Source: Methanobacteriota archaeon (GTDB lineage Archaea; Halobacteriota; Bog-38; Methanoflorentales; Methanoflorentaceae). From it: a stretch of 64,000 bases of DNA. Position 1 is the stretch's first letter. Each line of letters opens with the position of its first letter. Both the position numbers and the translations under genes were made by a program. Where the stretch lies: positions 1,600,001 to 1,664,000 of the forward strand of contig OY970393.1 of NCBI GenBank assembly GCA_963720465.1, read 5' to 3'. Below are positions 29,951 to 40,496 of the stretch, in pieces. The notes under the pieces were generated by a model. That model was not told where the DNA came from, made no database searches, and worked only from the letters and a program-made list of their open reading frames with translations.

Positions 29951-30475
29951 TTAGGTTTTTGTTTTGCGTGGCTTGCAGAGGATTTCGCGGACTTCAAGCT
30001 CATAGAACTCGTCGCTTGTCGCCGCCTTAGTCACGAGCGCCGTGTCGAGCCCTTTCGAACTCCCACCAAGCGCCACGACCTCAGAACCTGGTTCGACGAT
30101 CCCTACCTGCGCAGCGATCAGCGTGAGTTCGACAGCCACTTTTGTGCCTTGTCCGAACCTGCGAAAGGCATTTTTCACCTCATCGGAGTATTGGTAGTCA
30201 ACTTCTTTGTAAAACACGAGTTTAAAGCCCGCATTCTCAATGTGCTTTTTGGTTTCGGGCGAAAAACGCGATGGATCGGTACCGACGAAAAAGAGCGTGA
30301 GTTGGTCAGTCGCGAAGAAATCGAGCGCTTTTTCTGCAGAAGCTCCCCGCACCGAAGGAATCAAGATTTGGCGTATGCCTAGTTCCTTAGCACGCTCTCT
30401 CGCGATGTTGAGTACGGCAGCGGTGTTTTCCTCTCCAGGAGCGTCGAAGTAGGTTATTTTTCTTTCTATTGCCAT
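29951..30475 (-). CDS. Pyruvate kinase alpha/beta-domain protein (MTH1675-like)
   Basis: ITYF..PG.ENT, FGQG.KVAVE....AA..G, G.DTA.V, REI.CKP. Confidence 0.85.
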   Translation of the reverse strand: MAIERKITYFDAPGEENTAAVLNIARERAKELGIRQILIPSVRGASAEKALDFFATDQLTLFFVGTDPSRFSPETKKHIENAGFKLVFYKEVDYQYSDEVKNAFRRFGQGTKVAVELTLIAAQVGIVEPGSEVVALGGSSKGLDTALVTKAATSDEFYELEVREILCKPRKTKT

Positions 30476-30705
30476 TGTGGTAGTACCTCCTTATGGCCGA
30501 ACCTATGGCGGTTAGAACGCGTAAAGGTTTCTATGAGGTCTGGTGGGCGCCAAAAAGGCTTTCGTTTTTTTGACTCATTTATAAACCTCGATAAACGCAT
30601 TGCACGTGCCGTGGTACTTGTCGGTAGCGCAAGAGCAAAAGTAGTAAGTGCGCAGTGTTCTGAACACCGCTACGCGCCCTTGGACCATTACGAGGCAGAC
30701 CTGTG

Positions 30706-31071
30706 CTACGGCTTTCGCAACGCCCGAGAGAGTGCGTCGAGCGTACTCTTGTAGTCAGTTATCTCGCCTTCGCTTGGCAATGGCACGACGCACGAAAGCT
30801 CTGCACTGATCCGTTCGTGCGTTTCTGTGTCGAGTTCGAGCGCCTGCAGTGCAGCTTCGGTAATAACCCAAAATGCATGCCGGTGTGATACTTCGTTGAT
30901 GGACTCGAGGCTCACCACGCCGAGCTGGACTGTGTCGTTTCGTGCCCGACCTTCCAGACCGGCGTATAATAGCACAAGTTGAGCCTGCAACATGTACGGT
31001 CCGAAGCGATCGGCTTTGCACCCATTGTTGGTGCGATACTTCCATTCGACCGCGTATGTCGGCCTAGCCAT
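30706..31071 (-). CDS. Hypothetical protein, probably co-transcribed with the P5C dehydrogenase
   Basis: ATG 6 bp after the upstream stop codon. Confidence 0.55.
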   Translation of the reverse strand: MARPTYAVEWKYRTNNGCKADRFGPYMLQAQLVLLYAGLEGRARNDTVQLGVVSLESINEVSHRHAFWVITEAALQALELDTETHERISAELSCVVPLPSEGEITDYKSTLDALSRALRKP

Positions 31072-31077
31072 TCACGC

Positions 31078-32643
31078 TCACGCTCGCGTCTGTGTCTGCT
31101 CGCGCATATAGGAAAGCAGGTAGTAGGGTCCGCCGGCTCCCTTCCCAGTTAGTCCGCTCGCCTTCCATCCGCCAAACGGTTGAACACCGGGCCAGGCACC
31201 CGTCGTGGCACCGCCCCGCCGATTCGCGTAACACACGCCAAACTGTATCGACGCGAAGAACCGCTGAATCTCGTCCTCGTCCTCAGAAAAAATGCCTGCG
31301 GTGAGACCGTATTCGGTTGCGTTCGCTTCTTTTAAGCCCTCTTCGAGTGATGTGACGGTGTCGATGAGTATGAATGGCACGAAGAGCTCATCCCGGAAGA
31401 GACGGTGGCTTCGGGGAAGCCGGGTCATTATCGTGGGACGCACGTAGCACCCCTTGCCGCACACACCGTCCCGCAGTACGGATCCGCCTGCTATCAGAGT
31501 TCCTCCGTCCTTCTTACCGTCTTCAACGGCGTCTTTGAATTTTGTGAGCGCAATGTGGTCGACCAGTGGGCCGACAAGAACGGTGCTCTTGCGCGGGTCG
31601 CCCACTATCACCTCTTCGGTCTTGACGCGCAGCCTTTCGATGAATTCAGGTGCCACAGCTGCATCGACATATGCGCGCGACGTGGCGCTGCACTTCTGCC
31701 CACCATAGCCGAAAGCCCCTTTAAGCACCCCGTCCACCGCCTTGTCAAGGTCGGCGTGAGCGGTGACGATAACGGGATTTTTGCTTCCCATCTCAGCGAC
31801 AAAAGGCTTTGGATAAGGTTGGCGTGCGGCAAAGTTGCGCTGCAGCCATACCCCCGCATCGCGCGATCCCGTAAATGCAATGCCGCCGACGTCCGGATGC
31901 GCTACCGCGACAGCCCCAAAGGGTTCTCCCGGACCGGTGATCGCATTTAGCACGCCGTCGGGAATCCCTACTCCCGCGCACGCCGCATACAGCTTTAGAC
32001 CGGTCAGAGGCGCTTTGCTTGTCGGCTTGAACACCACGGTGTTTCCGGTGAGAAGTGCCGCTGCGACCATTCCTGCTGCGAGCACGAGTGGGAAGTTAAA
32101 CGGTGAGATAATAGCCCACGCCCCATATGGCTTCATCGCACTGACGCTTCGCTCTCCAGTGACCTCGGACATGGGAACGGTGAAGCCCTCCCTCTCTTCA
32201 TAAGTAGTGCAGTTATACCGAAGCATTTCGATTGTTTCACATACCTCAGCGAGAGCTTCAAATCTATTTTTTCCCACCTCATAGGTCATGAGAGCGGCAA
32301 GGAGGAAGCTCTGCTTCTCGATGCCGTCCGCGATGGCGCGAATGATCCGAACGCGTTCTTCCCAGTCAGTTTGACTCCACGCGGGAAACGACTCTGTCGC
32401 CTCGGCGACCGCGGACCTAGTCTCGGCCTCCCCGCCTTTTTGAAACGTGCCGATCACGAGATCGGTATCGATAGGGGAGCGGGTCTCAAACTCCTCAATA
32501 GCTGCGACGCGCCGACCGCCGATATACATGGGATAATGCTGCCCAAGCTCTCTTCGGACCGTTTCCAGCGCCTGTTCGTAGCCGCTATGAATATCTTTGT
32601 TATCGAGAAGCGAAGTGTAGGTCAGCTTTTTCTTTTTTGCCAT
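31078..32643 (-). CDS. Aldehyde dehydrogenase, 1-pyrroline-5-carboxylate dehydrogenase type
   Basis: SPFNFP, FTGS, AEMGSKN, GQKCSA.SR, ELFVP, YGLTAG, TGA..G.QPFGG.K.SG. Confidence 0.88.
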   Translation of the reverse strand: MAKKKKLTYTSLLDNKDIHSGYEQALETVRRELGQHYPMYIGGRRVAAIEEFETRSPIDTDLVIGTFQKGGEAETRSAVAEATESFPAWSQTDWEERVRIIRAIADGIEKQSFLLAALMTYEVGKNRFEALAEVCETIEMLRYNCTTYEEREGFTVPMSEVTGERSVSAMKPYGAWAIISPFNFPLVLAAGMVAAALLTGNTVVFKPTSKAPLTGLKLYAACAGVGIPDGVLNAITGPGEPFGAVAVAHPDVGGIAFTGSRDAGVWLQRNFAARQPYPKPFVAEMGSKNPVIVTAHADLDKAVDGVLKGAFGYGGQKCSATSRAYVDAAVAPEFIERLRVKTEEVIVGDPRKSTVLVGPLVDHIALTKFKDAVEDGKKDGGTLIAGGSVLRDGVCGKGCYVRPTIMTRLPRSHRLFRDELFVPFILIDTVTSLEEGLKEANATEYGLTAGIFSEDEDEIQRFFASIQFGVCYANRRGGATTGAWPGVQPFGGWKASGLTGKGAGGPYYLLSYMREQTQTRA

Positions 32644-32925
32644 GGTCGAGTGCTCCTCATCGTCTCATTGGAGAGACCAACACTGCTGCACCCCCGATTC
32701 GTGCGCCTGTATAATACGCTATCGGTTATGAATAGGTAAGTGCGTGGTTGGCTGCGTTGAGCCAGATAGCCCGGATGGTTTCTTTGCAGTAAGGATGACC
32801 CGACTCGCAAAACGCGGCACGGCGCCGGGCGCGACTCGTCGCGAAGTGAGAACGTTAACTCCGTCTAACCGAAAGATACTTGGCGTTGGCGGCGTTGAAA
32901 GGAGTAGTACGAACGTGGAGGGGAA

Positions 32926-33597
32926 GTGACGGCAGACCCTGTAACCGGCGAACCCTACAAGCGCATAAAGCGCACAATGGAATCTATTTCCGGACGAGTG
33001 CGACAAGAGGCAGGCTCGCTTGATCGTTCAGAGGTGAACGCGTTTGTCGCTGAGATCATTGAGACGCACGAAGATCGCCATCGCATATTCCTTCTTGGCG
33101 AGGGGCGGTCGGGGTTGGTCGCCCGCTCCTTTGCTATGCGCTTAATGCATCTGGGTTTCGACGTCTACGTCTTTGGCGAGGTAGTCACCCCTGCCGTCAA
33201 AACAAACGATCTCGTGATCGCCGTTTCCGGGACAGGCGAAACAGGTCCGGTTAACGAGACAGCGAAGATCGCCAAGCAACACGGAGCTAGAATTGCCGTC
33301 GTCACCTCGAATACGGACTCATCGCTCGGCAAGATTGCGACCAACACCGTGACCATCCGCGGCCGAACGGAAGCCGACGAAACGAGCTTCTTAGAGCGTC
33401 AGGTCACTGGCGTATCAATTTCACTCACGCCACTTGGAACGCTGTTTGAGATCAATGTGATGGTGTTCTTAGACAGCGTTATTGCCGGCCTGATCGCAGC
33501 TTTGGAAAAGAAGGAGGAAGAAATAGCCGAGCGGCATTCAGATCTAAGAGCGCGACGAGTAACGGCAAATCCGCACGACGCCCACGGCGAGTCCTAA
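32926..33597 (+). CDS. hxlB: 6-phospho-3-hexuloisomerase (SIS domain, RuMP pathway)
   Basis: GRSGLV...FAMRLMHLG, GE..TP, SGTGET, PLGTLFE. Confidence 0.9.
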   Translation: MTADPVTGEPYKRIKRTMESISGRVRQEAGSLDRSEVNAFVAEIIETHEDRHRIFLLGEGRSGLVARSFAMRLMHLGFDVYVFGEVVTPAVKTNDLVIAVSGTGETGPVNETAKIAKQHGARIAVVTSNTDSSLGKIATNTVTIRGRTEADETSFLERQVTGVSISLTPLGTLFEINVMVFLDSVIAGLIAALEKKEEEIAERHSDLRARRVTANPHDAHGES

Positions 33598-33733
33598 CGC
33601 GTTATCGTCCAGGCGCCCAAATACGAACCCCCTTTTTTTAGACGCTGCTCATTGCCGCACCTATCGGACCCAACACGGTTAAACCCTCGAGACGAATCAA
33701 GAGCATAGAGCTGAAACGGGAGGTGACTATGGC

Positions 33734-34096
33734 TTGGACAGCATAATTCTGTACGTGCTCATTGGAGCGTCCGCCGGAGTTTTAAGCGGCTTGTTAGGAA
33801 TTGGAGGCGGTCTCATCCTGGTCCCGGCGCTCGTGCTGCTCGTCGGGCTCACCCAGCAACAGGCGCAAGGCACCACGCTGGTTTTGCTGGCCGCGCCTTT
33901 TGGGTTGCTAGCTGCCTTGACGTACTACCAAAGCGGCTACGCGGACTTGAAGATTGCGGCGGTTCTCGGCATTGGCTTCTTTTTCGGAGCTTTTCTTGGG
34001 GCGAAGATCGCAATAAATATCCCTAATGTCGTTTTGCAAAAGGTTTTCGGTGTAGCGCTGTTGGTAGTCGCGGTGTACCTGCTGCTAAGCAAATAG
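33734..34096 (+). CDS. TauE/SafE (TSUP) half-size transporter
   Basis: G.LSGLLGIGGG...VP.L, AQGT.L; TTG start after GGAGGTGA. Confidence 0.85.
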   Translation: MDSIILYVLIGASAGVLSGLLGIGGGLILVPALVLLVGLTQQQAQGTTLVLLAAPFGLLAALTYYQSGYADLKIAAVLGIGFFFGAFLGAKIAINIPNVVLQKVFGVALLVVAVYLLLSK

Positions 34097-34385
34097 AGGC
34101 AAAGCGTCGAGTCTCACATCGCTATCGCAATCATCTTGGCGGCTGCAACAAGACGGCGCACGACGCCAATGTGCTTTGTTAGGCAGGGAAAGGATTATAA
34201 AGACACGAAAGAAGACCAAAGTAGTAGGCAAATTAAACGCTCTGACAAGCCGAAGTCCGCTGTAGAGCCTATGGTGGTCTCTAGGCACGTACAAGGTTCA
34301 GTGTTTGCACGTCTGTGGTTGGCTATGCGCAGAACCAGAGAGTTTGAGGCGTCGAACTAAAACAGAATCAAAGCGAGGCAAAAGA

Positions 34386-34682
34386 ATGGGTCTTTTTAAA
34401 TTGATGTGTCTGCCTATGAAAATGATGATGATGCCTATAACAGGGCCGGTCCGTATGATGATGATGCCGTTCAAGATGGCGTTGCGTTTCGCGACGGTAA
34501 TGCTGCTGTTCGCGCAACTGATGGTAATGCTGTTCGTTGCTGCAGCGTTCGTCCTGTTCACCGTCGTGCCGGCCGTTATGTTCGCGCTGTTTTTCGTGAA
34601 GAAAAAAATGCACATGGGAAAGAAGGGGCCGCACGGAAGAATGCACATGCACATGCCCACGCCACGGCGCTTTAAGCCCTAG
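34386..34682 (+). CDS. Met-rich small membrane protein with Met/His tail
   Basis: 98 aa, 21 Met; GAGG RBS; two MMMMP units, long hydrophobic segment, KMHM and RMHMHM. Confidence 0.65.
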   Translation: MGLFKLMCLPMKMMMMPITGPVRMMMMPFKMALRFATVMLLFAQLMVMLFVAAAFVLFTVVPAVMFALFFVKKKMHMGKKGPHGRMHMHMPTPRRFKP

Positions 34683-35051
34683 GCGTATGGAAAAGGCAGC
34701 TCCTCACAAAAAAGCAACGAACGAGGCGAAAGCCGGCGCTGACACGCGAGTGCCATCTTTTTTGTTGTTGTAGTCGCAGCTAAGTTCCGCCCAGCGCGTT
34801 CGCGCTGAGAATCAAATCCCGCAGCGACGCGATCGTTAGGCGCAAGGGAATTATTACACGTGAGCACTCGCAAACCGACTGCCATTCGCCGCGTCTCCAC
34901 CAATGTGGCAACCGCTGTGGTTGCAGTCGAGCTTCTTTGCACAACTTAACGCCGGATATCTCAATCCTTCGGTTCTGATACGCCTCGACCAAGTAACTGT
35001 TGCGCTTTAGACGCGTCGCAGCTTTTAGTATGCGCGGGAACAACAACTTGA

Positions 35052-35180
35052 CTATTTAGGTATAAACGTGCGTGTAGGACACTGAGTAGTCTCTCGGTCG
35101 CCTGGCACGTCGTGGCCAAAGCAACTGCCTTTGCTGTCGTCGATCGGCTCATAGAACTTACATTCTTTGCATGTAGGCAC
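35052..35180 (-). CDS. 42-aa four-cysteine micro-protein (not in ORF track)
   Basis: MPTCKECKFYEPIDDSKGSCFGHDVPGDRETTQCPTRTFIPK*; GTG start with strong GGAGGGTGA RBS; ATATAA box at 35223-35228. Confidence 0.8.
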   Translation of the reverse strand: MPTCKECKFYEPIDDSKGSCFGHDVPGDRETTQCPTRTFIPK

Positions 35181-35386
35181 AACTCACCCTCCTTTGGCTG
35201 TTAGAAAAGACGTGGTGCCGTGTTATATGTACTCTCTGTTGCCGCTAGGTAATAGCCCGAACTGTGTGAACGTCGCTGAAGCCTTTAGAATTGACATGCG
35301 CTTTAGCTCCCCGAAATAAGGACGCTATGTGGCTTCTTCTTGGGCATCCATAAACTACCAGTGCGGACGTCGTGCCAGCACCGCGT

Positions 35387-35815
35387 TCAATCTGCCCAGC
35401 CATTATTGACAGGGGCCTGACCCGTTGTTTCCAACGTCTTCATCAAACGCGTTGTAATTTCCTTGCTTTTCTGCTCACTGAAAATCGTTTGCAGCACGCT
35501 GGTGAGCCGGTTGCGGGCTGTTGCGACGTTTGCCATGTCGACCATGCGGTCAGCGTCTTGGAGGATGCCGAGTGTGTGGTACACGAGCGCATGAATCATA
35601 CACGCCTTGAGATCGCACTCAAATTGCGACTCCGTCTCGCGGCGCCGGTCGTCGTACTGCGGCGCGCAGAACCTGCATCCGCTTCCCGGAACCATCACTC
35701 CCATTTTCGGAGCATCAAGAGTATTGCGCTGCAGGGCAGCGATCAGCTCGTTAGCCGTCAGCCTATCCATTTCGGCGGCGATGATATCGAAAACAGCGTG
35801 CTCCAAGTCGATCAT
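35387..35815 (-). CDS. Hypothetical protein with CxxC
   Basis: 142-aa ORF, AGGTG RBS. Confidence 0.55.
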   Translation of the reverse strand: MIDLEHAVFDIIAAEMDRLTANELIAALQRNTLDAPKMGVMVPGSGCRFCAPQYDDRRRETESQFECDLKACMIHALVYHTLGILQDADRMVDMANVATARNRLTSVLQTIFSEQKSKEITTRLMKTLETTGQAPVNNGWAD

Positions 35816-36596
35816 TGTCTTTGCACCTATGGTCGTTGATGACTATTTATCTATGTGCCTCTTTGCCGTTACCACATTTGACTCGTCGAAGGATGGCTTG
35901 CCGCACATAGCTCAGCCATAGGCTACAGAGGGTTAAGCAGAGTCTTGCAATATCGAATGTGACGCCTCGCACGCGGAAGTACGCCAAAACTAAGCCAAAA
36001 ATGTACCACAATTTCGCGCGGGAACTAAACACCGTTATTTCCGAATCGACACATCTTTTAGCCACGGCGTGTGCAAGGCCTAGCACTCTAAAAATGTTAT
36101 TATCTTAATTCTAGTATAATTTAGAAAATATATTTTGAAAAACTTGCTCGTCGGGCGGGACGCCTGAACTTCGTTTAACACCGACTGCCCCGCACTACTC
36201 TTAGACGGTTGTGGTGAGATTAAGGTGGAAGAGAACGACGCACGATGAGAGTAGCGACAAGCGAATAAGGTAGGGATCTCACAATCGGACGTGCATCGAT
36301 CTCTGCGAGGGATAACTAATCATCCAACATAAAGCACGTTGGCCGTCTCAGTCGGGCGACAGCTAAAATGGAGCCCCAACATTCATTTACTATGACGTCT
36401 GAGTGAGATTAAGGCTTAGAAGTGAAAGCAGGCCGCGCAGTTGACGCCAATCAAAAACGGCCTGCTCTCACGCAAAGTAAGACGCAATTCAAAGTGACTG
36501 GACTATAGTATATAGTTTTGGATGTTTGTCTGCGTCTTTCTTTGTGTGATCCTTCGCTTCGAGCATAGCTGCCGTCGTACGACGGAAGGTAAACCC

Positions 36597-37085
36597 ATGA
36601 AAGGAGAACATACAAGACAAAAATTCCTGGAGCTGCGAGCTCAGGGGAAGTCGTTTCGAGCTATTGAAATCGAAATCGGTATAAGTAGAGGCACGTTGGC
36701 AAAATGGGAGCAAGAATATAGAGAAGAGCTCACGAACCTAAAGGCCATCGAACGTGACGCCATGCGCGAAAAGTACTTGCTGACCAACCAGGCGCAGCTG
36801 GAACTCCTCGGGACGCAGTTCACGCGCCTGAAGGAGGAGCTGGAAAAGCGCGATCTCTCAGACATTCCTACGCCCAAACTCTTTGAGTTGGTCTTAAAGT
36901 ACAGCACACGGCTTACAGAGGATTTTCCCGCCCAGTGGATTGGCACCGAAGAGCAGCTTGCTAAAGAGAAGGCTAGTCGAGAAGAGATGCGAGAAGCGAT
37001 GCGTGGGTTGAAAGCCTCCATGCCGATAAGAAGCCGCAATAGCTACGACGCTCTGCTGGGAAGCATCGATACGTCAAAGCAGTAG
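36597..37085 (+). CDS. HTH plus coiled-coil protein
   Basis: F.ELRAQG.SF..I...IG.S..TL..W HTH, then LKAIE...EKY...ELEKRDLSDIPT.KL. Confidence 0.8.
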   Translation: MKGEHTRQKFLELRAQGKSFRAIEIEIGISRGTLAKWEQEYREELTNLKAIERDAMREKYLLTNQAQLELLGTQFTRLKEELEKRDLSDIPTPKLFELVLKYSTRLTEDFPAQWIGTEEQLAKEKASREEMREAMRGLKASMPIRSRNSYDALLGSIDTSKQ

Positions 37086-37371
37086 AGAAGAACGCTGGTA
37101 TTGACGAGGAGTTCTGCCGGGAACCGGGTTGCTCGTCGAATTCACGGGAGAAGCATAGAGCACTCGGTGTCGATAGGCAAAAATTTAGCTTCCATAGCCA
37201 GGGCACCGCTGTGCCCGAGCCCCCGACTACATAGTGCCCTCCAGGCGAGTGCCGAGTCGTTCGTGTGATCTTACCGGATGGTTTATCTAAATGCAATTCT
37301 TGCGCTAAAATCCCCCGGTGCCTAAGTGCGTTTACACGTGGTCCCGGGGTGTTGTGGGTAGGGGGGTTCGT

Positions 37372-37602
37372 TTAACGGGTGGCATCGGCGTAATTGAAGC
37401 GAATATGCCCGGTGCAGAACAAGGGTTGAGTTTGGAGTAGATGTAGAGGCTGCCGTTGCCACTCTCGTTGCTGCTGTTGACGTACGTCGTCGCTGCTGCA
37501 CCGGTCGTAGGTCGGAGAAGCGGTTTGATTGGTGGTGCGTCCCGCCCCTGTAATCAGCAGCACGAACGCGGCAACCACTAAGATGCGCACTGCTTGTTTC
37601 AT
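37372..37602 (-). pseudogene. Possible decayed secreted/lipoprotein gene
   Basis: Signal-like N-terminus MKQAVRILVVAAFVLLITG; Thr/Ala-rich sequence continues in another frame. Confidence 0.35.
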
Positions 37603-37817
37603 ATCGTTTCGTATCTAACACGCGGTACGTGACGCGAATCTTTTTGGATCAAGCCATACGGTGACGAAACCGTGGAGCGTAGAGCTTTGACGCTAGTCGC
37701 GCGCGCGAAAAGCCCGCTTTGGTGCGCGAGAAAAGTCTCCGGCAGACGCAAAGATTGATCGGCTCCGGTCTAACGGACGAAGCGAAAGGTACCGATGATG
37801 CAACGAGGAACGAATCG

Positions 37818-38345
37818 ATGAAGAATAAGAAGGTGTATCAGACGACGCTGCCGCTCCATGATATCAACCACCTTTTTGATGACCCGAACATTTCACCATT
37901 TTCTGACTACTACCAACCGTACAGTTTCAAAACGGGTATGGACTACGTCGTCGATGAGTTGTACAGCCACCCATCAGTGGAGGAGATTAAACTTACAGTG
38001 CTGCTTCCTGCAGAGCAGATAACGCCTGATCTGGAGGCGAAGACGCTGAAAGCCGTCCGTAAATACTCTGAAGCCTGGGCACAGAATGCACGACAGGCAG
38101 GATATCGCACGATACAAAGGCCTGCGCACGCTGCGAGTGGGCATCCTCGCTTTTCTTGTGTTGAATGGGCTCGCGCTGTGGTTCGGATCGTATGCGAATT
38201 TTGGGATCAGGCTGTTGAGCGAGGGTCTGCTTATTGGCGGGTGGTACTCTTGTGGTGGCCGCTTGACGCTTTGGCCTTTGGCGTACGGGAGAACCGGCTG
38301 GAAGAGAGCGCATATAAAGCGCTAAAAAACGTGCAGCTCACAATT
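37818..38345 (+). pseudogene. Membrane protein with two compensating frameshifts
   Basis: TM segment (GLRTLRVGILAFLVL...SEGLLIGGW) is in the 38086 frame, between in-frame N- and C-terminal parts (VLLWWPLD). Confidence 0.7.
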
Positions 38346-38546
38346 TTTCTGCGGCTTTGTTATGAGGCGAAACAACAACGAGAAACGCAAGCGCCCCGTT
38401 GTGAACCGTTTGATAGATGCAGGTAGGCAGCCCTGCAAGCCTTGAGAACCTATAAGGCAACCTAATAGTTGGGTACTATAATGAGCTTTTGCTCGATGGA
38501 GCGAGATCTTGCTGCGGTGGACTTCTAACAGCTCATAGTTTGACAT
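38338..38546 (-). pseudogene. Small protein (possibly AbrB-like) with frameshift
   Basis: MSNYELLEVHRSKISLHRAKAHYS, then shifted YPTIRLPYRFSRLAGLPTCIYQTVHNGALAFLVVVS. Confidence 0.55.
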
Positions 38547-38859
38547 CGCAGCATTATAATATGGGTAATGTTCAGAGGCTAGCATAGTTTGTGTGTGGAG
38601 GCGTTGCACACTAATCATTCTGTTTTGACCTCCTTGACTGAGCATTGCACGAAGAAAAGCCTGCAACAAAGAGGATGCGCCAGGGAAGCGGCTTCGAAGA
38701 CCGTGGAAAAAAGAAAGGCGATCAAACGGAAGTCTGTCAAGGTTGAAGTGGCATCCACTGTCTGAAGATGTCTATGATGTGAACGCCTCTATTGGAAGAA
38801 TGCTAACTCCAGCCACGAATGAGGTCGTTGTTTGGCCAAGACTAGTTCGACAGCATCTC

Positions 38860-40496
38860 TCATTTACCTTCAGCCGGTAAGGTGATGGTGAACGCCGTTC
38901 CCCTACCCTTGACGCTCTCAAAGCTAATCGTCCCACCGTGCGCGTCAACGATCCGCTTAACCACCGCCAGTCCCAGTCCTGTGCCCTTCGCCTTGCCGGT
39001 AAAGAGCGGCCTAAAGAGCTTGTCTTTGAGCTCATCAGGGATGCCTACACCCGTATCGTGCACGCGTATTGCTACCGATCCATCTTGAGCAGAAGCGCTC
39101 ACAGAGAGCGTGCCGCCATCGGGCATCGCCTGTATCGCATTGAGAATCAGGTTGCCGAACACGCGGTGCATGAGGTGCGGATCAGCCATCACCGTAAGAT
39201 CGGGGATGTTCGTGATGATGCGTACGCCATCGGCGTGGGGTATCGATTTAAGCACATCTGTGATGAGCTGTCCGACCGAAAGCGGTTCGTACTCTGGCGT
39301 AATCGGACGGGCGTAGTCCTGCAGGTCGCCGACGATCTTGTCCATATAGAAGATCTGCTCGCTGATTTTGTCAAAGAGCACTGCCACCTTTTCCCAGTCT
39401 TGGACACCGCGTTTTTCAGGAGGAGGCGGTCGGAGCGCATTCTTTGCAGATCGACGACGTATTGGAGTCCTTGCAACGGGTTGCGCAGGTCGTGACCGAT
39501 CATCGTGGCGGTCTCGCCGATGCCTGCCAAGCGCTCCGCGCTTTTCAGCAGTATTGTGCGCTCTTCTACGAGCTCCTCGAGGTGCTCTGTCTGACGTTCG
39601 AGTTGCTCGGCGTAGCCCTTTGCCGCCTCTTCTGCCTGCTTGTGCTCGAGCACCTCGGCTCGCAGCAGCGCCGTTGTCTGAGCCAGATCAGCGGTGCGTT
39701 CTTTGACCCGCTGCTCCAACTCGTTATGCGCTTGTTGGAGCACATCTGCTGCGTGTTTCTGCTCGGTCACATCAACGATGATACCGCGCACGCCGACGAC
39801 AGCACCGTCTCGCCTGATCGGGACAGCACGGACTGAAATGGGGAACGTGCTCCCGTCTTTCCGTCGCCCGGTGTACGCGACCCAACCGAGCCGTTGAGTG
39901 TCCATCCTCTGTCGGAAAACCTCTCGACCCCGATTACGGTCGTCAGGTGCAAGAAGGTCGAATGCGGTCATTCCCGCCTGCAGTTGCTCTTTCGTATAGC
40001 CGAACATGTGCAGGCACCCGGCGTTCGCAAAGGTGAAGACGCCTGTTGCATCCGTTTCGTATACGACCTCTGGCAACGCGTCGGTGAGTTCCCGGATTCG
40101 TTTTTCGCTCGCAAGCGCATTTTGCTCCTTTACATGCCTGTGGAGCGCTACGTCAATGGCAGCAATGAGCTCCCGCTCATCTAACGGGTTGAGAAGAAAG
40201 CCGGCAGGTTCAGCCGCAATTGCCTTCTGAACTGTCGCCACATCCGTGTCGGCGGCGATGAAGATGCTCGGAATGTTGTGGCGTTTCTTAATCTCTCGAG
40301 CGGCTTCGATACTGTTCCTGTCGCCCTCCATCTTGATATCCATAAGGATGATGTCAGGCTGCAAATCGTTTTCGCGCTCTATAACGTCGCTGACTGTCGC
40401 AGCGGTTGCGACGACGTCGTAGCTCACGTGCTGCAATCGACTCTGGATATCCTGAGCACTGGTTGGATCAGCTTCGACCAGAATAATGCGAATCAT
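38860..40496 (-). pseudogene. REC-PAS-HisKA-HATPase hybrid histidine kinase split by a 1-bp frameshift at about 39420
   Basis: REC (PDIILMDI), PAS, GHDLRNPL in the 39189 ORF; HATPase in the 38860 ORF; the other frame reads PPEKRG..DW, matching the intact paralog. Confidence 0.85.

Noticed and set aside
34298-34675. His-rich and Asp-rich alternative ORFs over the Met-rich gene
   Set aside because: Other frames of the ATG runs; only the Met-rich frame has an RBS and a membrane segment.
36085-36145. AT-rich tract as a replication origin
   Set aside because: No recognisable ORB repeats or adjacent orc1/cdc6.
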